Shown here: positions 13,111 through 26,945 of the stretch, one piece after another
Layout of the letters: each line of letters begins with the position of its first letter
How positions within the stretch are numbered: the first letter of the stretch is position 1
Assembly: GCF_036321535.1 (NCBI RefSeq)
Contig: NC_087436.1
Coordinates: 76,200,001 to 76,264,000 of the forward strand
Origin: Camelus dromedarius
Lineage: Eukaryota
DNA: 64,000 bases
Direction of reading: 5' to 3'
The notes under the pieces: model-generated
What the model was told of the DNA's origin: nothing
The model's database searches: none
What the model saw: the letters and a program-made list of their open reading frames with translations, nothing else
Program-made: the position numbers and the translations under genes

Positions 13111-14303
13111 ACTTAGCTTCCAGTAAGAATTGGACAGAAGTGGTTAAAATATCACGGTGATCAAAGGCTTCAGTTTTGTGATTAAACATCCTGGTTTTTG
13201 GCCTCTTACCAAGTCATTTCTAGAAAGCCATTTAAACTTTCTTAAGCCCCAGTTTCCTCATCTGATAAATACTATACTAGTAGCTCTCTCTTAAGATTGT
13301 TGTAAGAGTTAAATATTTTAAAAGAAACTACCATTGGGCTTATCTGCTAGAGCAGAACATAACAAATAATAAATGTTAGTTTCAAAATAGTGTGATTTGA
13401 GGGTCCAAGGTTCTATCTGCTGTGAAGGAAATATTCTGTGAATGACTTAAAGTACAGCTATTCTGCATTTCTGATTGAAGCAGTTACGTATGCTTTCATA
13501 TCTGTTGCTTTTTAGCTCACATATAAAATTAAAGCCACTAAAACCAGACTTATGCTTGATTAGATGTTACCCTGCCTCCATTTAAAAAAAAAAGAGAGAG
13601 AGGGAGAGATTAAGCCCAGGAAGTAGTTCTAGACTATTTCTTTTAACTCCATTCCTTTCCTAAATCAATATCCATAGTTTTATAACTTAATATTTTAGTA
13701 ATAGTCATATGTCTGCATAGGGTTAATACGTATTTCACATATTAGAGTATTTTCGCTATATAGGGTTATACTTCTTTATAGAAATTCTTCCTAGACTGTG
13801 AGCTTTAAAAAATTTAGGAGTCATAGATAAAACTAATAATTTTCGTTTTATTTAAGAACAATAACAAGCCCCCTCAAATCAAGGGATCAGTAAATTATCA
13901 GTGACTTTAGCAAATTACCTACATAACCTCTGCAAAACTGTCCTTTGCTTCTGAAACATAATTTTAAGGCTTGCATAAATTTTGCCTGATAATACTGTCC
14001 TTTATGTAATTGCAAGGATTAGGTGCTAAATGGCTACATGCCTTACTTTCTGAAATTTGTAAGTGGTCAGGCTAGCGATAAGCTTGTGGGCTGAACAATT
14101 TTTTGAAAATGTTGTCCGAATGGCACCCTTTTCTGAAATATATTTCACTAGTCTTAACAGTACCAAGGAGCCTAAATGAGTTAGGATTCCTCCCTAAACC
14201 CTTAAATTAGTATCAGGAAGCAATTTAGACACCAAGGAAAATTGAGCTCAATGTGTTAGTGAGATGAAGAATTGAAGCCTGTGAAGTAGGTGATAGATCT
14301 TAC

Positions 14304-14492
14304 TAAGTGATTACTTTCTTATAAATTCCTAAACAAGAAGTCTTCATTGAGAAATGGTTGGGATCACTGCCATTTGTCACTTGGCCTCTGCATGCTTAAT
14401 CACCTGCATTTTCAGGCCACTAAAGGCATACTCAGTGTATCATACTGGTCTCAAAGAGTTGATACGTCCGTTGAATGTGCAACCCAACTCCC
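14304..14492 (-). pseudogene. Decayed exon preceding AAA6
   Basis: gtcactctctcag acceptor, gtaaga or gtaatc donor; INSLRPV*YTEYAF resembles IRxLRPDRMTYA. Confidence 0.6.
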
Positions 14493-14946
14493 CTGAGAGA
14501 GTGACACAAGCATCAGGAAGGAAATTGGCTTATTGTTGTCTTTCAACAAACCATTGTATTATCCCAATAAATTTTAGTAAACATTATTATATCATTAGAA
14601 AAAAGTAAGTGATTCTACTATTTTAATGCTCATTTAAGTTTACACACTTAGAATTATTTTTTAAATCAAATTAAAATTTTACGTCAGACTTATTGTAATT
14701 GAACCTCCATCCAATAACCCAGTTTAGATTACACTGATTGGTCAAACCATACATCATAAATCTTTTTCAATTACTACAGTAAAGGAATGATATAAAAGAT
14801 TCTAAAAGGAAGGTTTAACTTCCACCACCCAGACTAGTATCAGCAACTTTTCTGTTCCTATATGCATAATATACGCTTCTATGTGTGTGAGATATTTCTA
14901 CCCTGGGCAAGAGGCAGCCCAAAGTGGTAGTTAAAAAAACAGCTCT

Positions 14947-15255
14947 CTGTCCTGGCTGTTGTAAACAGTGCTGCTGTGAACATTGGCGTGCATGTGTCTT
15001 TTCAAATTAGCATTTCCTCTGCTAACTACTGTATATAAAATAGATAAACAACAAAGTCCTACTGTTTAGCACAGGGAACTATATTCAATATCTTGTAGTG
15101 ACCTATAATGATAAAAAATATGAAAAAGAAAAATATGTATATGTATAACTGAATCGATATGCTGTACACCAGAAACTAACACAGCATTTTAAATCAACTA
15201 TGGTTTAATAAAATACAAAACAAACAAAAAAACAAAAAACAAAAACAAAAAAACA
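14947..15255 (+). mobile_element. 5'-inverted L1 3' fragment inserted in a MIR
   Basis: Antisense L1 piece joined to a sense 3' UTR and A-rich tail; flanks aaaaaacag(g)ctct. Confidence 0.7.
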
Positions 15256-16130
15256 GGCTCTGGAGACAGACACACTGTGGCTGGATCCTAGCCCCTCAGT
15301 TCAATTGTTTATTCTCTCTAAGCTCCACTTTCCTGATCTGTGAAATGGTGAGAGTAATGGTGCCCCGTACACAGGGCCCTGCTGAGGATGAAATGACACA
15401 GTATGTGCCAGGAGCTTTGGGACAGTGACTTGCACATAGTAATCGTTACATATATTTGTCTATTATTGAATCCTCTCATCTGTTCACCTGCCCACTCTAT
15501 CCTGTGCTTTTCCCTCATTCCAACATCTCCACAACCATCATATGTAGCATTAGGTGTTTATGGTGCCTTTTTAAACCTTTTGACTGCATTAGTTGTTCTT
15601 CCAAAACCAGCACAATGACGTTGGCTGAGCAGTGTAAAACGGGGACTTTAAGAAAAGGAGGTCTTTTTATATGCATACAATATGAAATGCTAGATATTTT
15701 CTTAAGCTGTGTAAGCATGCTTTAATAAAGGCGGCAACAGATGAGAAGAATTTATTATAGTTAAATTCCATATATTCTTGTTTCTGCTTGATAATTTGGT
15801 AAGTATGTATTTTTTTTTTCACAGCAGTTATTCCCAGCTGCATATGTGTGCTGCAGAAAGAGCGAGCATATGGAATATATACTCTGTATATATACATATA
15901 GAGTAATTCTGGCACTGGGTGTGTGGATTCACATGCATTTCCAAGCATACACTCACACTATCAGTCTATATATGTCTATATAGAGGGAGACAAATATATG
16001 TATAGATATACATCCTTCTGCTCTTTTCATTGTGTTACGCATGTCAGAGGCAGCAAGAGTTCTGTTCTCCTCCCTCTTCCCCACCCCCCACAAGCTGGAG
16101 GGCCAGAAGGTGGGGCGGTACCTCGGGATA

Positions 16131-16258
16131 ATGGCAGCAGAAGGCAAAGGGAGCAGACAGCTGGCAAGCTCTGCCCCAATATGCTTCCCTGAAAGAGGCG
16201 AGGAAATTTCAGAAGATGCAATGCCTGAATGGCTCACTTTGCAGAAAAGAGAAGCAAG
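16131..16258 (+). other. Possible plus-strand alternative first exon of an unidentified host gene
   Basis: GC box at 16112-16118, strong Kozak ataATGG, open frame MAAEGKGSRQ...WLTLQKREA, AAG|gtaaaa donor; protein not recognised. Confidence 0.3.
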
Positions 16259-16782
16259 GTAAAAATTCCTGAGAATGCCGTTCTTTTTCATGGGTCTAGA
16301 ATGGACCATCTTCTTACCCCACTTGGTAAACTTCCCCAAAGATGTGAGTTTATAAACACTTCATCTTGGAAAATATTCTAGAAAGAAATATCAACTTTTT
16401 TTTTAATCATGAGAGCTGTTCTCATAAGCTAAAAAAGACTCAGCCAATGCCAGGTGTCTCCCTGGAATTTTCTAGAACAAAAATGCACATTGAAACCTCT
16501 GCTATCTGAAAACTGGCAGCATAATTCTGAATGGCAGATCCCCTGTCATAAGCACTATAACTTAGATATTTTAAATGAAATATTTTCATAGATAATTTTA
16601 TATGCCTCCTTGCCATCTTAAGCAGATTATTCTAATTTCACACTTTCTTGATAACTCAGGGTCATCACTATGAACAATGATTTTTATTAGTAAAACAGTA
16701 CTCTTAGGTGCCACTGAAATGTGTAGGATTATTCCCTTATTATTAAAGTTTTTCTTTTTCTTTTTTTGCTCTGGGCCGTTAC

Positions 16783-16991
16783 TTCTCCCAAGGTCTATTT
16801 TGTCACTTTTAAATCAATTGTCTCTTTGAATTATGTAGTCTAGTTTGTTAGGATATCATAAAAATAGGAAATAATCTCCAATGAGGGCTCAAGGCTTCTT
16901 TCTTGTAAGCCCTTGAAATGTACAACGTGATAAAAGCTTTCTGTGCTACCTCTGTTGGTTGTAAGAGGTGCGGTTGATTATAGGCTGAATT
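16783..16991 (-). pseudogene. Decayed exon
   Basis: ccttgtctacccag acceptor, GAA|gtaacg donor; ITLYISRAYKKEALSPHWRLFPIFM. Confidence 0.55.
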
Positions 16992-17555
16992 CTGGGTAGA
17001 CAAGGTATTTCTGCCTTTCTTGAATATTATGATTTGTATAGTGTCTTGTAATGTTTGTTTTTGTCCATAAATCTTAATCTTATCTTCACAATTAGATTGT
17101 GAACTCCTTGGGACAGAGACTACATCATACACTATTTTCTTCACTCTTTATAATACCATGCACAATACTTTACACAAAAACTAGACACTCACTTACTTAT
17201 ACATGGATTCCAGGATATTTTAAAAAGTATACTGGTTAATTATTATCACAATTAGGTATTGGATGAGGTTATCAACTAACGAATTAATTCTAGCAACTGC
17301 CAAAAGCACAGGGAGACAACCGTATTTGTGGGACAGATAGGAGTATTAATGAAGTAAGAGCTTTGGGGTTCGGTTATTCAGCTGTATGCTGAAAATATTC
17401 ACAGGCTAGCGAGGGTGTATGGGCTAAAAATGTAGTTGGTAAAAGCAATTGGTGTATATGATTTGTGGCAGATTTAGCTGTCTTTAGGATACAGTGGCCG
17501 GTGCTAATCTAATGATTTGGGAGTACAGTGTGGTCTGACTGCCATTTTGAAATTA

Positions 17556-17770
17556 CAGTTGACCTCGAACAACATGAGTTTGAACTGCGTGGGTCAGCTT
17601 ATACATAGATTTCTTTTCTTTTTTTTCAGTAAATAGGACTACGGGGCCCTTGTTGAATCTGCAGATGTGGAACTACAAGTATGGATGACCAGCTGTAATG
17701 TTATAGCTGGATTTTTTGACTCCTTGGAAGGTTAGCACTCTTAACCCCTGTGGAGTTCAAGGGTCAACTG
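17556..17770. mobile_element. Tigger2-derived MITE (MER8/Tigger2a-like)
   Basis: Terminal inverted repeats cagttgacc...gggtcaactg, TA duplication. Confidence 0.85.
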
Positions 17771-18494
17771 TATTTCTAAATTCGTATTTGCAAAAGCCCT
17801 TTTCCCTAAAATTAACATTTGAAGTTTCATCAGCATAAACTATGGTAGGAAAGCAATCTTTTGTTTTAAATTTTATATGGCTTGATTTTATGTACCAGAG
17901 TGTCATAAAATTATAGTTAAACTCTGATTTATTTCTATGTTTTTAATATAGTTGATTTTATAGCGTATATGCTGAGATACTGTGTGTGAGAGAGGGGGTC
18001 ATTTGTCTAATGATCTTTCTCAATAAGATCCGGCTATTGATTTTCTGTATCATGTTGACTTTAAATTAGGTAAAAGTCAGTGCGTAGAACTTTTATTCCG
18101 CACTTCTCCACTTATTTTTGATATGCTCTCAGTAACTAACTCTATTCAGTTACAATCGCTCACTTTCACAGGTAGTATTTCTTACACAAGAATTCACTTC
18201 CCACCATCCCTTAGCATTGTTTTCCTCCTTTAAAGGTATTTTCACAATCATTCTCCTCTATGTGATTCCTTGACTGAGTGCAAGGAAGATAATGCTGTTT
18301 TTCATCCACCTCTACCTCATTTACCTTACTTACCTCTTACTTCATTTCACAAGATCCTCTGACACCAAAACCAGAAGAGGTAAAATGTGTAGCGAGCCTT
18401 TAGGATTTATATACAGATAGGTAAGCCTGGCTTGAGCTCATAAACTAGATGCATCCATCACACAGTTTATCGTGTCATTCTCTAAGTTTAAGCC

Positions 18495-19045
18495 TGTATT
18501 AGTTTAGATGTTTTTGGCTTTAAGTAAAAGAAACTCCAACTCCACCTGCTTAGATAATGATGGCGTCGATAATCTCACATGAGATTTAGTGTTGATGAGT
18601 GCCCCAGAGATGTTATCAGGGACTCACATTGTCTTGTTTCTCTCTGCCTCTTGTCTTGTTTCTCTCTGCCTCCCTCAGCCTCGACTTCAGCCGCAATATT
18701 GTTCCACTCCTTGTTTTAAAATGACTTGCCTTTAGCCATCAGACAAGTCATTACATGCTTCTCTGTTCACAAACAGCAGGAGTGTTAGAAGTACGCTTGT
18801 CAAAGTGTGGAGTATACGTGCTTCTCTTTAGTCTGTTTAGGCCAGCTTAAGTCACACATCCATTTTTTGACTAATAATAACTTCTGACGAAGGCTGAACT
18901 CTTCCCAGCTTAGACACATCAGAATGCCCCACCTCTGGGGTAGGAGAAGGACTGGACATTGTGCAAAATCAAATTCTTTCAGGAAAAAGAAATGGGAGAA
19001 AAAAAGGGGGCAGATACTGGGAACCAATCAACAGTGTCTACCATA
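18495..19045 (-). mobile_element. Old MaLR LTR (MLT1J/K-like)
   Basis: tgtattagtt...aaagaaactccaac start, aacagtgtctacca end. Confidence 0.55.
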
Positions 19046-20312
19046 GCATACATATTGATGACATCATTTTAGAAACAGAGCTGTTTATATTTGCACTTAT
19101 TTATAGCATGCCCAGCTCTGCAAAACGTGCAGATAAGCCTTTAATAAACAATGATGTGCTGGGGCTGGCATGTATTGGTTTTTTGAGCTGATTGATACAT
19201 TTTCAGAAATTTTGTAGTCTGGTTGATAAATCATTGGTAGCTTTAAATTAACCATGATTTTTTATCGTGTTTTTTTTTTTTTACCATGTTATTAATAATT
19301 AGAGTTCTTACTTCATAGGATTACTGTGTGAGGATTAAGTGAGTGAACAGGTATAAATTACTTAGTATAATACCTGGCAAAGAGCAAGTACTATACACAT
19401 TAACTATTGGTATCATTAAAAAAATTCACTTTAAGAAAAAAAAATCACTGACTTTGATAAACAATAAGTATTCATTTATAGTTATCAAAGGGAAATAAAT
19501 ATACACAAATCACGAGTTGTTAACCACTCAGCTTTAATACTTCCTTATGTTCATTTACACACACAAAATAAAATACCTACTAACTTGATTATCTTTACTG
19601 TTTAAGCTATGCCTGATCCTTTAAGGAGCAGAGTAAGAGATAAATGAACAAATAATTGTGTATTACAGAAAAGTTGGAAATATGAATAAGAATAATAAAG
19701 GAAACATTATCTAGAATTCTATTGTCTAGAATAGCCATTAATACTATTTTATTTCTAATATTTATTTCTAATATTTTTCCTGAGTTTATTTCTTTATAGA
19801 TTTGTGATCATAGTGTATTTCCTTTATTCATTTAATATTTCATTTTAAACATGTGACCTAGAACATTCTCTACAATATTTTAAGAAGTCAGTAATTTAGA
19901 AAGTTTTTTTGGGGGTATAACACGTTTACTTCTGAATTAATGATATCAATTGGAAAACTCTTCTATCTTAGAGAATCAACATGATATTTTCTAGATTTAT
20001 CCTTTTAAATGACATTACCAGTCATCAAAAGCATACTTTATTATATTAGAAGCAAAACAAAAAAAAACTATGTCAGTTACCACCTGTTTTTTGATAACTG
20101 TGTCTCTTACCAGACCTTAACTTCATGTGTTTTGTATTCACGTAAGGCCTGATGGATGGCTGGTAAAATTGAGTGCCCATGCCAGGACTGATGGAACAAA
20201 AATGACTTCAAAGCAAGGCTTTTATTAATGTGTATTCTGTTTTCCTTGCAAATTTGTGGGTTTTTTCCTGCAAACATATGCGTATCTGAAATTCAAATTG
20301 AGTGCTCCTTAC

Positions 20313-20730
20313 CTCATGCTCTCCTCCATACCTCTAATGAGGTGGAAAAATGTACATTGATGCTGGAAAGTTATTTAGTGCTGAACAGAGTTAATTGCTT
20401 CTAATCACTGCTTACATCCATCTGGTTTTATGGTAGACAACAAACCTCTTCATTGGGCTTGCACATTGACACACTGTAAATCACTGAGATGCACTGGCAT
20501 CTTACATATTGTGCTTCTATTAGTGAGGCTGCGTTTTCATACAGCCCCAGTGGCAGGCATTGGGATGCCGATCAGCTTGTACATGTTCTGTTAGAACTGC
20601 AGGGAGCCCTAGTGAACTGGCCTCCCCAGGCTCACTTGGAAGGCTATGGAAAGCTACTGCCTTTTGAACTCCGAATGAAAACTGTTGAAGAATGCCTGAG
20701 ATTGGACAGCATTGTCCCTTTGCCATAAAA
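20313..20730 (-). pseudogene. Decayed exon or exon pair, post-AAA5 region
   Basis: caccag acceptor, strong GAG|gtaagg donor; LGRPVH*GSLQF*QNMYKLIGIPM and KQ*LEAINSV; may contain an in-frame 69-nt intron. Confidence 0.65.
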
Positions 20731-20884
20731 CTGGTGTTGAGGTAATACTATTGGCCATTGTCTGATTTTTTTTTCCCCCAAAGCATAGGGTTAGGCTTTC
20801 TTCTACTACCATCCCTTGGCAGAGTAAACAGGGAAAGTACTGCATGAACAAAAAACCAAGATTTAAAACCATGCTAGATATAAT

Positions 20885-21080
20885 CTTTTTTTTCAATTGG
20901 AATATAGTTAGTTTACAATGGTGTGTCAATTTCTGGTAATACAGCACAATAGTTCAGTATTATATATATATATATATACACATACACACACATATATTGG
21001 TTTTCATATTCTTTTTCATTATAGGTTACTACAAGATATTGAATGTAGTCCCCTGTGCTGTAAATATAAACTTGTTTATC
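20885..21080 (-). mobile_element. L1 3' end fragment
   Basis: Poly-T followed by the reverse complement of the artiodactyl L1 3' UTR. Confidence 0.8.
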
Positions 21081-22739
21081 TTGTGTCTAACAATAATAGC
21101 TTCTTAATGTTTGAAGATTTAAGTAATATTTTATCAAACTTTAGGATGATCAAAGGAAACTCGTAACCACATGGGCTTATATATATATATAAGCTTATTA
21201 GGGTGTTTTTAGTATAATGATGCCATTGGTTAATATCTGTTGATAATAAGAGATTTAGGAAATTATATGTGAAATACAACTTGCAAATTCTATGACAATC
21301 TAGAAAATTTGATAGGATATTATAATTACCATAATACTGTACATTGTAGGTGATCTTATTAGTTAAACAAAGAATAATGCCTAAATCTTAAAAAAAAAAA
21401 AAAGAAAGAAACAGTAGCAAGCGAGGAAAAGACGGAAGAAGGGGTGTGTGTAAGACTCTGACACCACTTTTGCTTTCTTTGCTACCTGCCTATCTAATTC
21501 CTTCCTGTTGAAGGTGAATGGCTTTAGAGAGAGGTAACTAAGTCATAAAAGACACAAAATTTAAAGCTAACTAGTGATTTAGGTATTATTTGGTAATATG
21601 TACTGTTTTATTTCATAAATGACAAAACTGTGGCCCAGAAATATTAAGTCACTTGTCCAAGTCGAAGAGTTACTTTCATGGCAGCACCGAGGTCAGAGAA
21701 CAGATCAACGTCACACATCTTCACATGGATAGACATCCCTTAATTTGTAATCCAGACTACCCACGAAACTCAAACACAATGTGCTCCCAACCTCCACACT
21801 CCCCATTTTTGTATCCCACTTTTATGAAAGAAAAAAAATGAGAAACAAGTTCTTATCAGCTTTTCTGTTGGAAAAATAGCTTAGACAGTATAATGTATGA
21901 CAACTGTAGGTTTAGCTCAGTCTCTGTGTGTAAAACTCTGAAGTTCTTCAAGCTTTCTGAAGAACTTCAGAATTATTGGAGCAATAATTAAATCTAATTT
22001 AAATATTAATAAGGTTAAGATTTATTAAAAACTAGTGATCCATGTATGTCATACATGATAACTATTGGGCCAAATCCCTCATTATCTATCAGATATAGAA
22101 ATGGAATTTCACTATAGTTAAACTTTTTGAACTAATAATCCCAACCTCACTCCTGCTGTTTTCTAATGTTTTAATGCTTGGACTAAGTTCGATTTACGTG
22201 TCTTTCATGCTTCCTCTGTTACCTTTACAACCGAACTGAAATTGAATAAAATCAACTTGGCTTAAATAATTTGGCCACAATTTTGGTCTCTAGATTTTGC
22301 TTAGATTCTTCAAGGCTCAAGGGAGCTATATGCTCAATTCAGTTCATGCCTGTTTAAAATGCTCTTTCTTTAATTCTAGACTACCTATGCAGAATTTTTT
22401 CACTCTAGTAAAACACTCACAGTCTCATTTTCATTCCCCCTTCTTCTTTTTCTCTTTTTTTCTTGAGAATTATTTACACACACATACACATATGTATAGA
22501 ATTAAGTCACTAGGGAATAGATTTTTAAATGAATTGTGCCGTTTTTAAAGTCTCTACAATGATATTTCAGTATATTTTCTTTGTAACTCATCACCTCACT
22601 ATGATTTGATTTGGTTTTATAATTGAATCGAGCTTTTTAAAACTCTGTTTTGGCGGTATCTTTTCCCTCCTTCCACATCTTTAGCATTCAACGTGAGTGG
22701 AAGGCCAATGTGGGCTTGGTTGATTGGATGAGGGTTAAA

Positions 22740-22930
22740 TGAAGAGTAGCCATTACTTCCATTGCTTTAATTACGCCATCCTCGCGCCATGATGGACCTT
22801 GCTCCATTTCCCTCCGGTAGACCTGACAGACTATAACTGACCTAATTGATACCAGATGACAGCTCAAATAAGGCCTAATAAAGAAGTAATCACACTAATC
22901 TAATGAGCAAGCTGTTATGATATTGGCTTA
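22740..22930. promoter_or_regulatory. Candidate conserved non-coding element, homeodomain-site rich
   Basis: At least 7 TAAT/ATTA cores, a TGACAG site and retained CpGs in non-repeat sequence. Confidence 0.45.
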
Positions 22931-23089
22931 TAGGAAGCTGTTTTTTAATCCTTCCATTTTTCTTTTGTTCTCTGTAACTACTACTCCCAATGTCCTTTTC
23001 TGTTATTGTAGAATCAGAGGACTTAAATGGCCTTTAGGGAAACGTCAGCTCCATTTCCTGTTCTTTGCTTTATTAGATATGAATTTACA

Positions 23090-24400
23090 TCATTTTTTTC
23101 CATCTTTTAAGTATAGAAATGTCAAACATACTGAAAAGTTGGAAGACTAGTACATTGATCACATATATGACTACCATTCACTTTCAACAACTGTAAATAT
23201 TATTTTTACCATATATGTTTTATTTGCATATTATTATATATAGTATATATTTTTATGAACCACTTGAAAATGTCACCTGCAGTATAACATTCCATCTCTG
23301 AATATTTCACTATATATTTTAAAAAATTCTCTTAAATATGCATATTAGCAAATTAATAATAGTATCTATTCTTTATTCAAATTTTTCCAGTTGTTCCAAA
23401 ATACCTTTTTTTTTTTACAAATAAAAACCTGTTTTCAAACCATATCTAATCAAAGTCCAATTCGTTTCTGAACATTTCCTTGCTTTCTGGCATAATAAAA
23501 TGTCTTGGGCTCCTCACCTTGTACTTTCCTTGCCCTAGATATGAAATCAGCCATTTTTCCAAGAAGTCTAGGATCAAGATCATTGCTGCAGGAATGTCAT
23601 TACTTCTATGACTTTTCCATGGAATAGCTGGGGTGTTTGTGTGTGTGCATGCACATGCATGTGTTGAAATCCAAATAATATTTCCACTTCAATTTTAATA
23701 TTATACTGTTTCTTAGCTTTTTAGATTGTATGTGTGTTATACATATGTATAATATTTATGTTGAAAGTCTTGGTACCTAATAGCATTAACATATTTATTT
23801 AATTGCTTTTTGGTATAATATACATAAAATTGTTTTGTATAAATACAAAAAATAATTTCTAAATTATAATACCAATATTGCATCTAAATCAAGTTAGACA
23901 TTTTTCTGTGAGCTGCGGTTTTCTTTTTAGACTGTATCCCACCCAGCAGGTATAGCCAGAGTATGCTGTATACCAGAAATTAACACAACATTGTAAATTG
24001 ACTATACTTCAATTTAAAAAAGCAAATGTAGAATAGAGTTATGAATACAAAAGAATTCAATGCTCAAAATTTTTTTAAAAGTTGTTTGGAAAGATTTTCT
24101 GCATGATTAGGTTATTCATTTGAGTATACAAACAGTAAGATTTATTTATTTCCAGTTTAGGGGATTACTTTTTAATTCAAACTTATGTTTTGATTGTGTA
24201 AAAACGATTTACATGAGTCAAAAGTCTATATACATAAAATAATATTCATAGAATTCTCACTTCTATACTTATATACTTACGTTTCTCCCAACTCCACCCT
24301 ATTCAGATAACAATTTTAGTTTCTGTTTTATCCTTTCAGAGTTTTCTTTTGCAAAGATAAGCGAACTGATCATGGGCTATCAATTCTTCTGCACTTTGAT
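23090..24400 (-). mobile_element. Old L1M 3' UTR fragments
   Basis: aatcagccatttttccaagaag and related L1MC/ME motifs. Confidence 0.55.
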
Positions 24401-25776
24401 GTTGCACATGCATGTATGAGAGGCAGGGTTCCATATCTGGAAGTCTAGAAAAACCACAGGGCAGTAGTCAAGCGGTACCTGGTACGGGTATGAAATGAGA
24501 GGCCAATCACATCCAGGAGACGGGACTGAAAGAATGTGGCTCCCTGTGGTCTGAGACATGGGGCGGGGCAGCCCTGCTGCAGACCAGCTAGTGCTAGTGT
24601 TGCTTTGATCAAAGGGCAGGTCACAAAATTCAATCCACTACTAATCCAAAAAATCTTTAATGTAGGCAACAGCAGCTCTTTGTTGTTGTTGTTCATTTGT
24701 TTCTTTCTTCATTAAGTTCCCATATTTTTATTCATTTGGTGAATATGCTAAACATTTGTGCCTCATCATGGGCATGATTCTTCTCAGGTTTGAAGATCTC
24801 TTACTTACTGAAAAGTACAATTTTTCAGATTTGAACTATCATTTGAATCTTTTCCTTTTTTTTTTTTTCACTTGTGAAGCTAAATTGCTATACTCTTAGT
24901 AAGTACTTAAAACTTCAATACTCATTTTTGATATTTTTCTATTCTAACTTTCAAAGAAAGAATACTTATTCCTGATTCACCTTTAACACATGTGTCCCAA
25001 ATCCTTTTTAATTCTATTCTAAGAAATCAGGTAATTGTGCAATTTTTATTTATTCTGTAAATTACTACCTTTATGCTTCTGAATTTTCTTCATTCTTTAA
25101 TTTTGTCTCCACTTTAAAAAAATCCTTTATTACACAAATATCACTTATGTAAATTTTTAAGAAGATGTAAAAAGGGGTGGAATCTCTCTCCTCCTTGCAA
25201 CCCTGTCCTTCTGAGATATATGACATCAACTTTTTGCTGTTTATGCTACCATATTTTTATCTGCTTATAGAAACATATACCCACATATGTAGGTAAATTT
25301 ACCCACTTTTAAGAAAAATGGAATCATATTTCTTGTCTTTTTTTCCCACCTGATAGTAACATCTTCCTTGGTCTATAAATTCAGATCTAACTACTATTTT
25401 TTAAATAGATATATGACATTCATTATTATGTATATACAAATTTTTTCAAACATTCTCTTCTTTTTGCATGTCCCGGTTGTTTCCAGGTTTCATGATTTTA
25501 AATAATTTTACAGCAATGACTCCTTCATATATATCCTACATACTCATTCTCTTATTTCTGTGAGATAGGTTTCTAAGATTGAGAAGGCTGGGTCCAAAGA
25601 TGTATATATTTAGTATTTTAATAGGTATTCCCAGATTATCTTTTGTTTTGATTTCTAAGATGACTGGATATGTGTCTTAGTTCCTCTGAAAAGACACCCT
25701 GATTAACAATTAGTTACAAGTAATCTGTTTTGGATGTCAACCCAGGAAACTGAAGTGAGGGAGACATTAACTTAAT

Positions 25777-25945
25777 CTATTTCAAGTCCAGTATCTCTGG
25801 GTTATATACTGCCCTCTCCATCAGCTCTAGACATGGCTTCTTGTGGTCCAGCAAGGATGCATGGAATTTCCACCAAAATGGCATTAAAATCAGTTGCGCT
25901 GAGGAACTGACATGGTACATCATAAGCTCCTGCTATTGATGTTGA
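25777..25945 (-). pseudogene. Decayed exon, AAA5
   Basis: gttctccag acceptor; FHASLLDHKKPCLELMERAVYNPEILDL resembles SFLD..F...LESAL; donor degenerate. Confidence 0.5.
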
Positions 25946-26029
25946 CTGGAGAACTTATTAAATATTTCTTCCATTATTATTTCAACTCAAATATTTTTAA
26001 ATGTTATTTTGTTCCATTAATATTTTATT

Positions 26030-26945
26030 CACAACTAATTTTTGAGCATATACTCTGTGCCAAGCAATGCAATAATTATCAGGGATACTTGGTTGGGTAT
26101 AAATAAACCAGTCAACCAAAACACAGTCCTTCCTTGCATGGAGTTTCTAGCTTAGTGGCAAATCAGTGCACTAAAGGAAAGGAACATGATTCTGCAAAAG
26201 TGTATGGCCAGAGAGTACCCAAAGCCTGATTGAACTGGGGGTCTCTGAGAAGTGTTTGCTGAGAAAGTGCCTTGAGCAGAGATCGGAAGTATGAGCAGGC
26301 ACTAATCATATGGAAGTGGAGGGTGAAGGTGAGAAAGGAATGTTCCTGGCAGAGGGAGCTGTATTCCTAAGGGGGCCACGGCGAGTCTGAGGGATTTATA
26401 GAAAGTCACTGTGGCTAGAACTTTGAGAGTGAGGTGAAGAATGAAAGAAAATAATGCTGGGACCAAGTGATCAAAGTCAACATTAGTAGAGGTAAGTCAT
26501 GTTGCTAGTCCGTACCCTTGATATTATGTGAAAAAAATCACACTTTACCTTCTTGATCTTCTTCTCTAAAGCTCATAACCCCAGACCAATCATGACAAAA
26601 ACATCAGATAATCCAAATTCAGAGACCCTCTACAAAATACCTGACCAATACACCTCAAAACTGTCAAGATCATTAGAAACAGTGTCACAGCCATGGAGAC
26701 ATGATGACTAAATGTAATGAGGTACCCTGGATGGGATCCTGGAACAAAAAAAAGGACATTAGATGAAGATTAAGGAAACTGAATAAAGTCTGGACTTTAG
26801 TTAATAATAACGTATGAGCAGTAATTCATCAATTGTAACAAATGAACCATGCTAATATTAATAATAGGAGTATATGAGAACTCTGTGTTTTGAATTTTTC
26901 TATCTATATGAAACTGTTCTAAAACTAAGTTTATTAAAAAAAAAT
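26030..26945. mobile_element. L2 fragment followed by an L1M 3' end
   Basis: L2 3' motifs; ccaagtgatcaaagtcaacatt...ggatcctggaac and an A tail. Confidence 0.6.

Noticed and set aside
18629..18672. 22-bp direct tandem duplication
   Set aside because: Two copies only, inside an old LTR; ordinary slippage, not an array.
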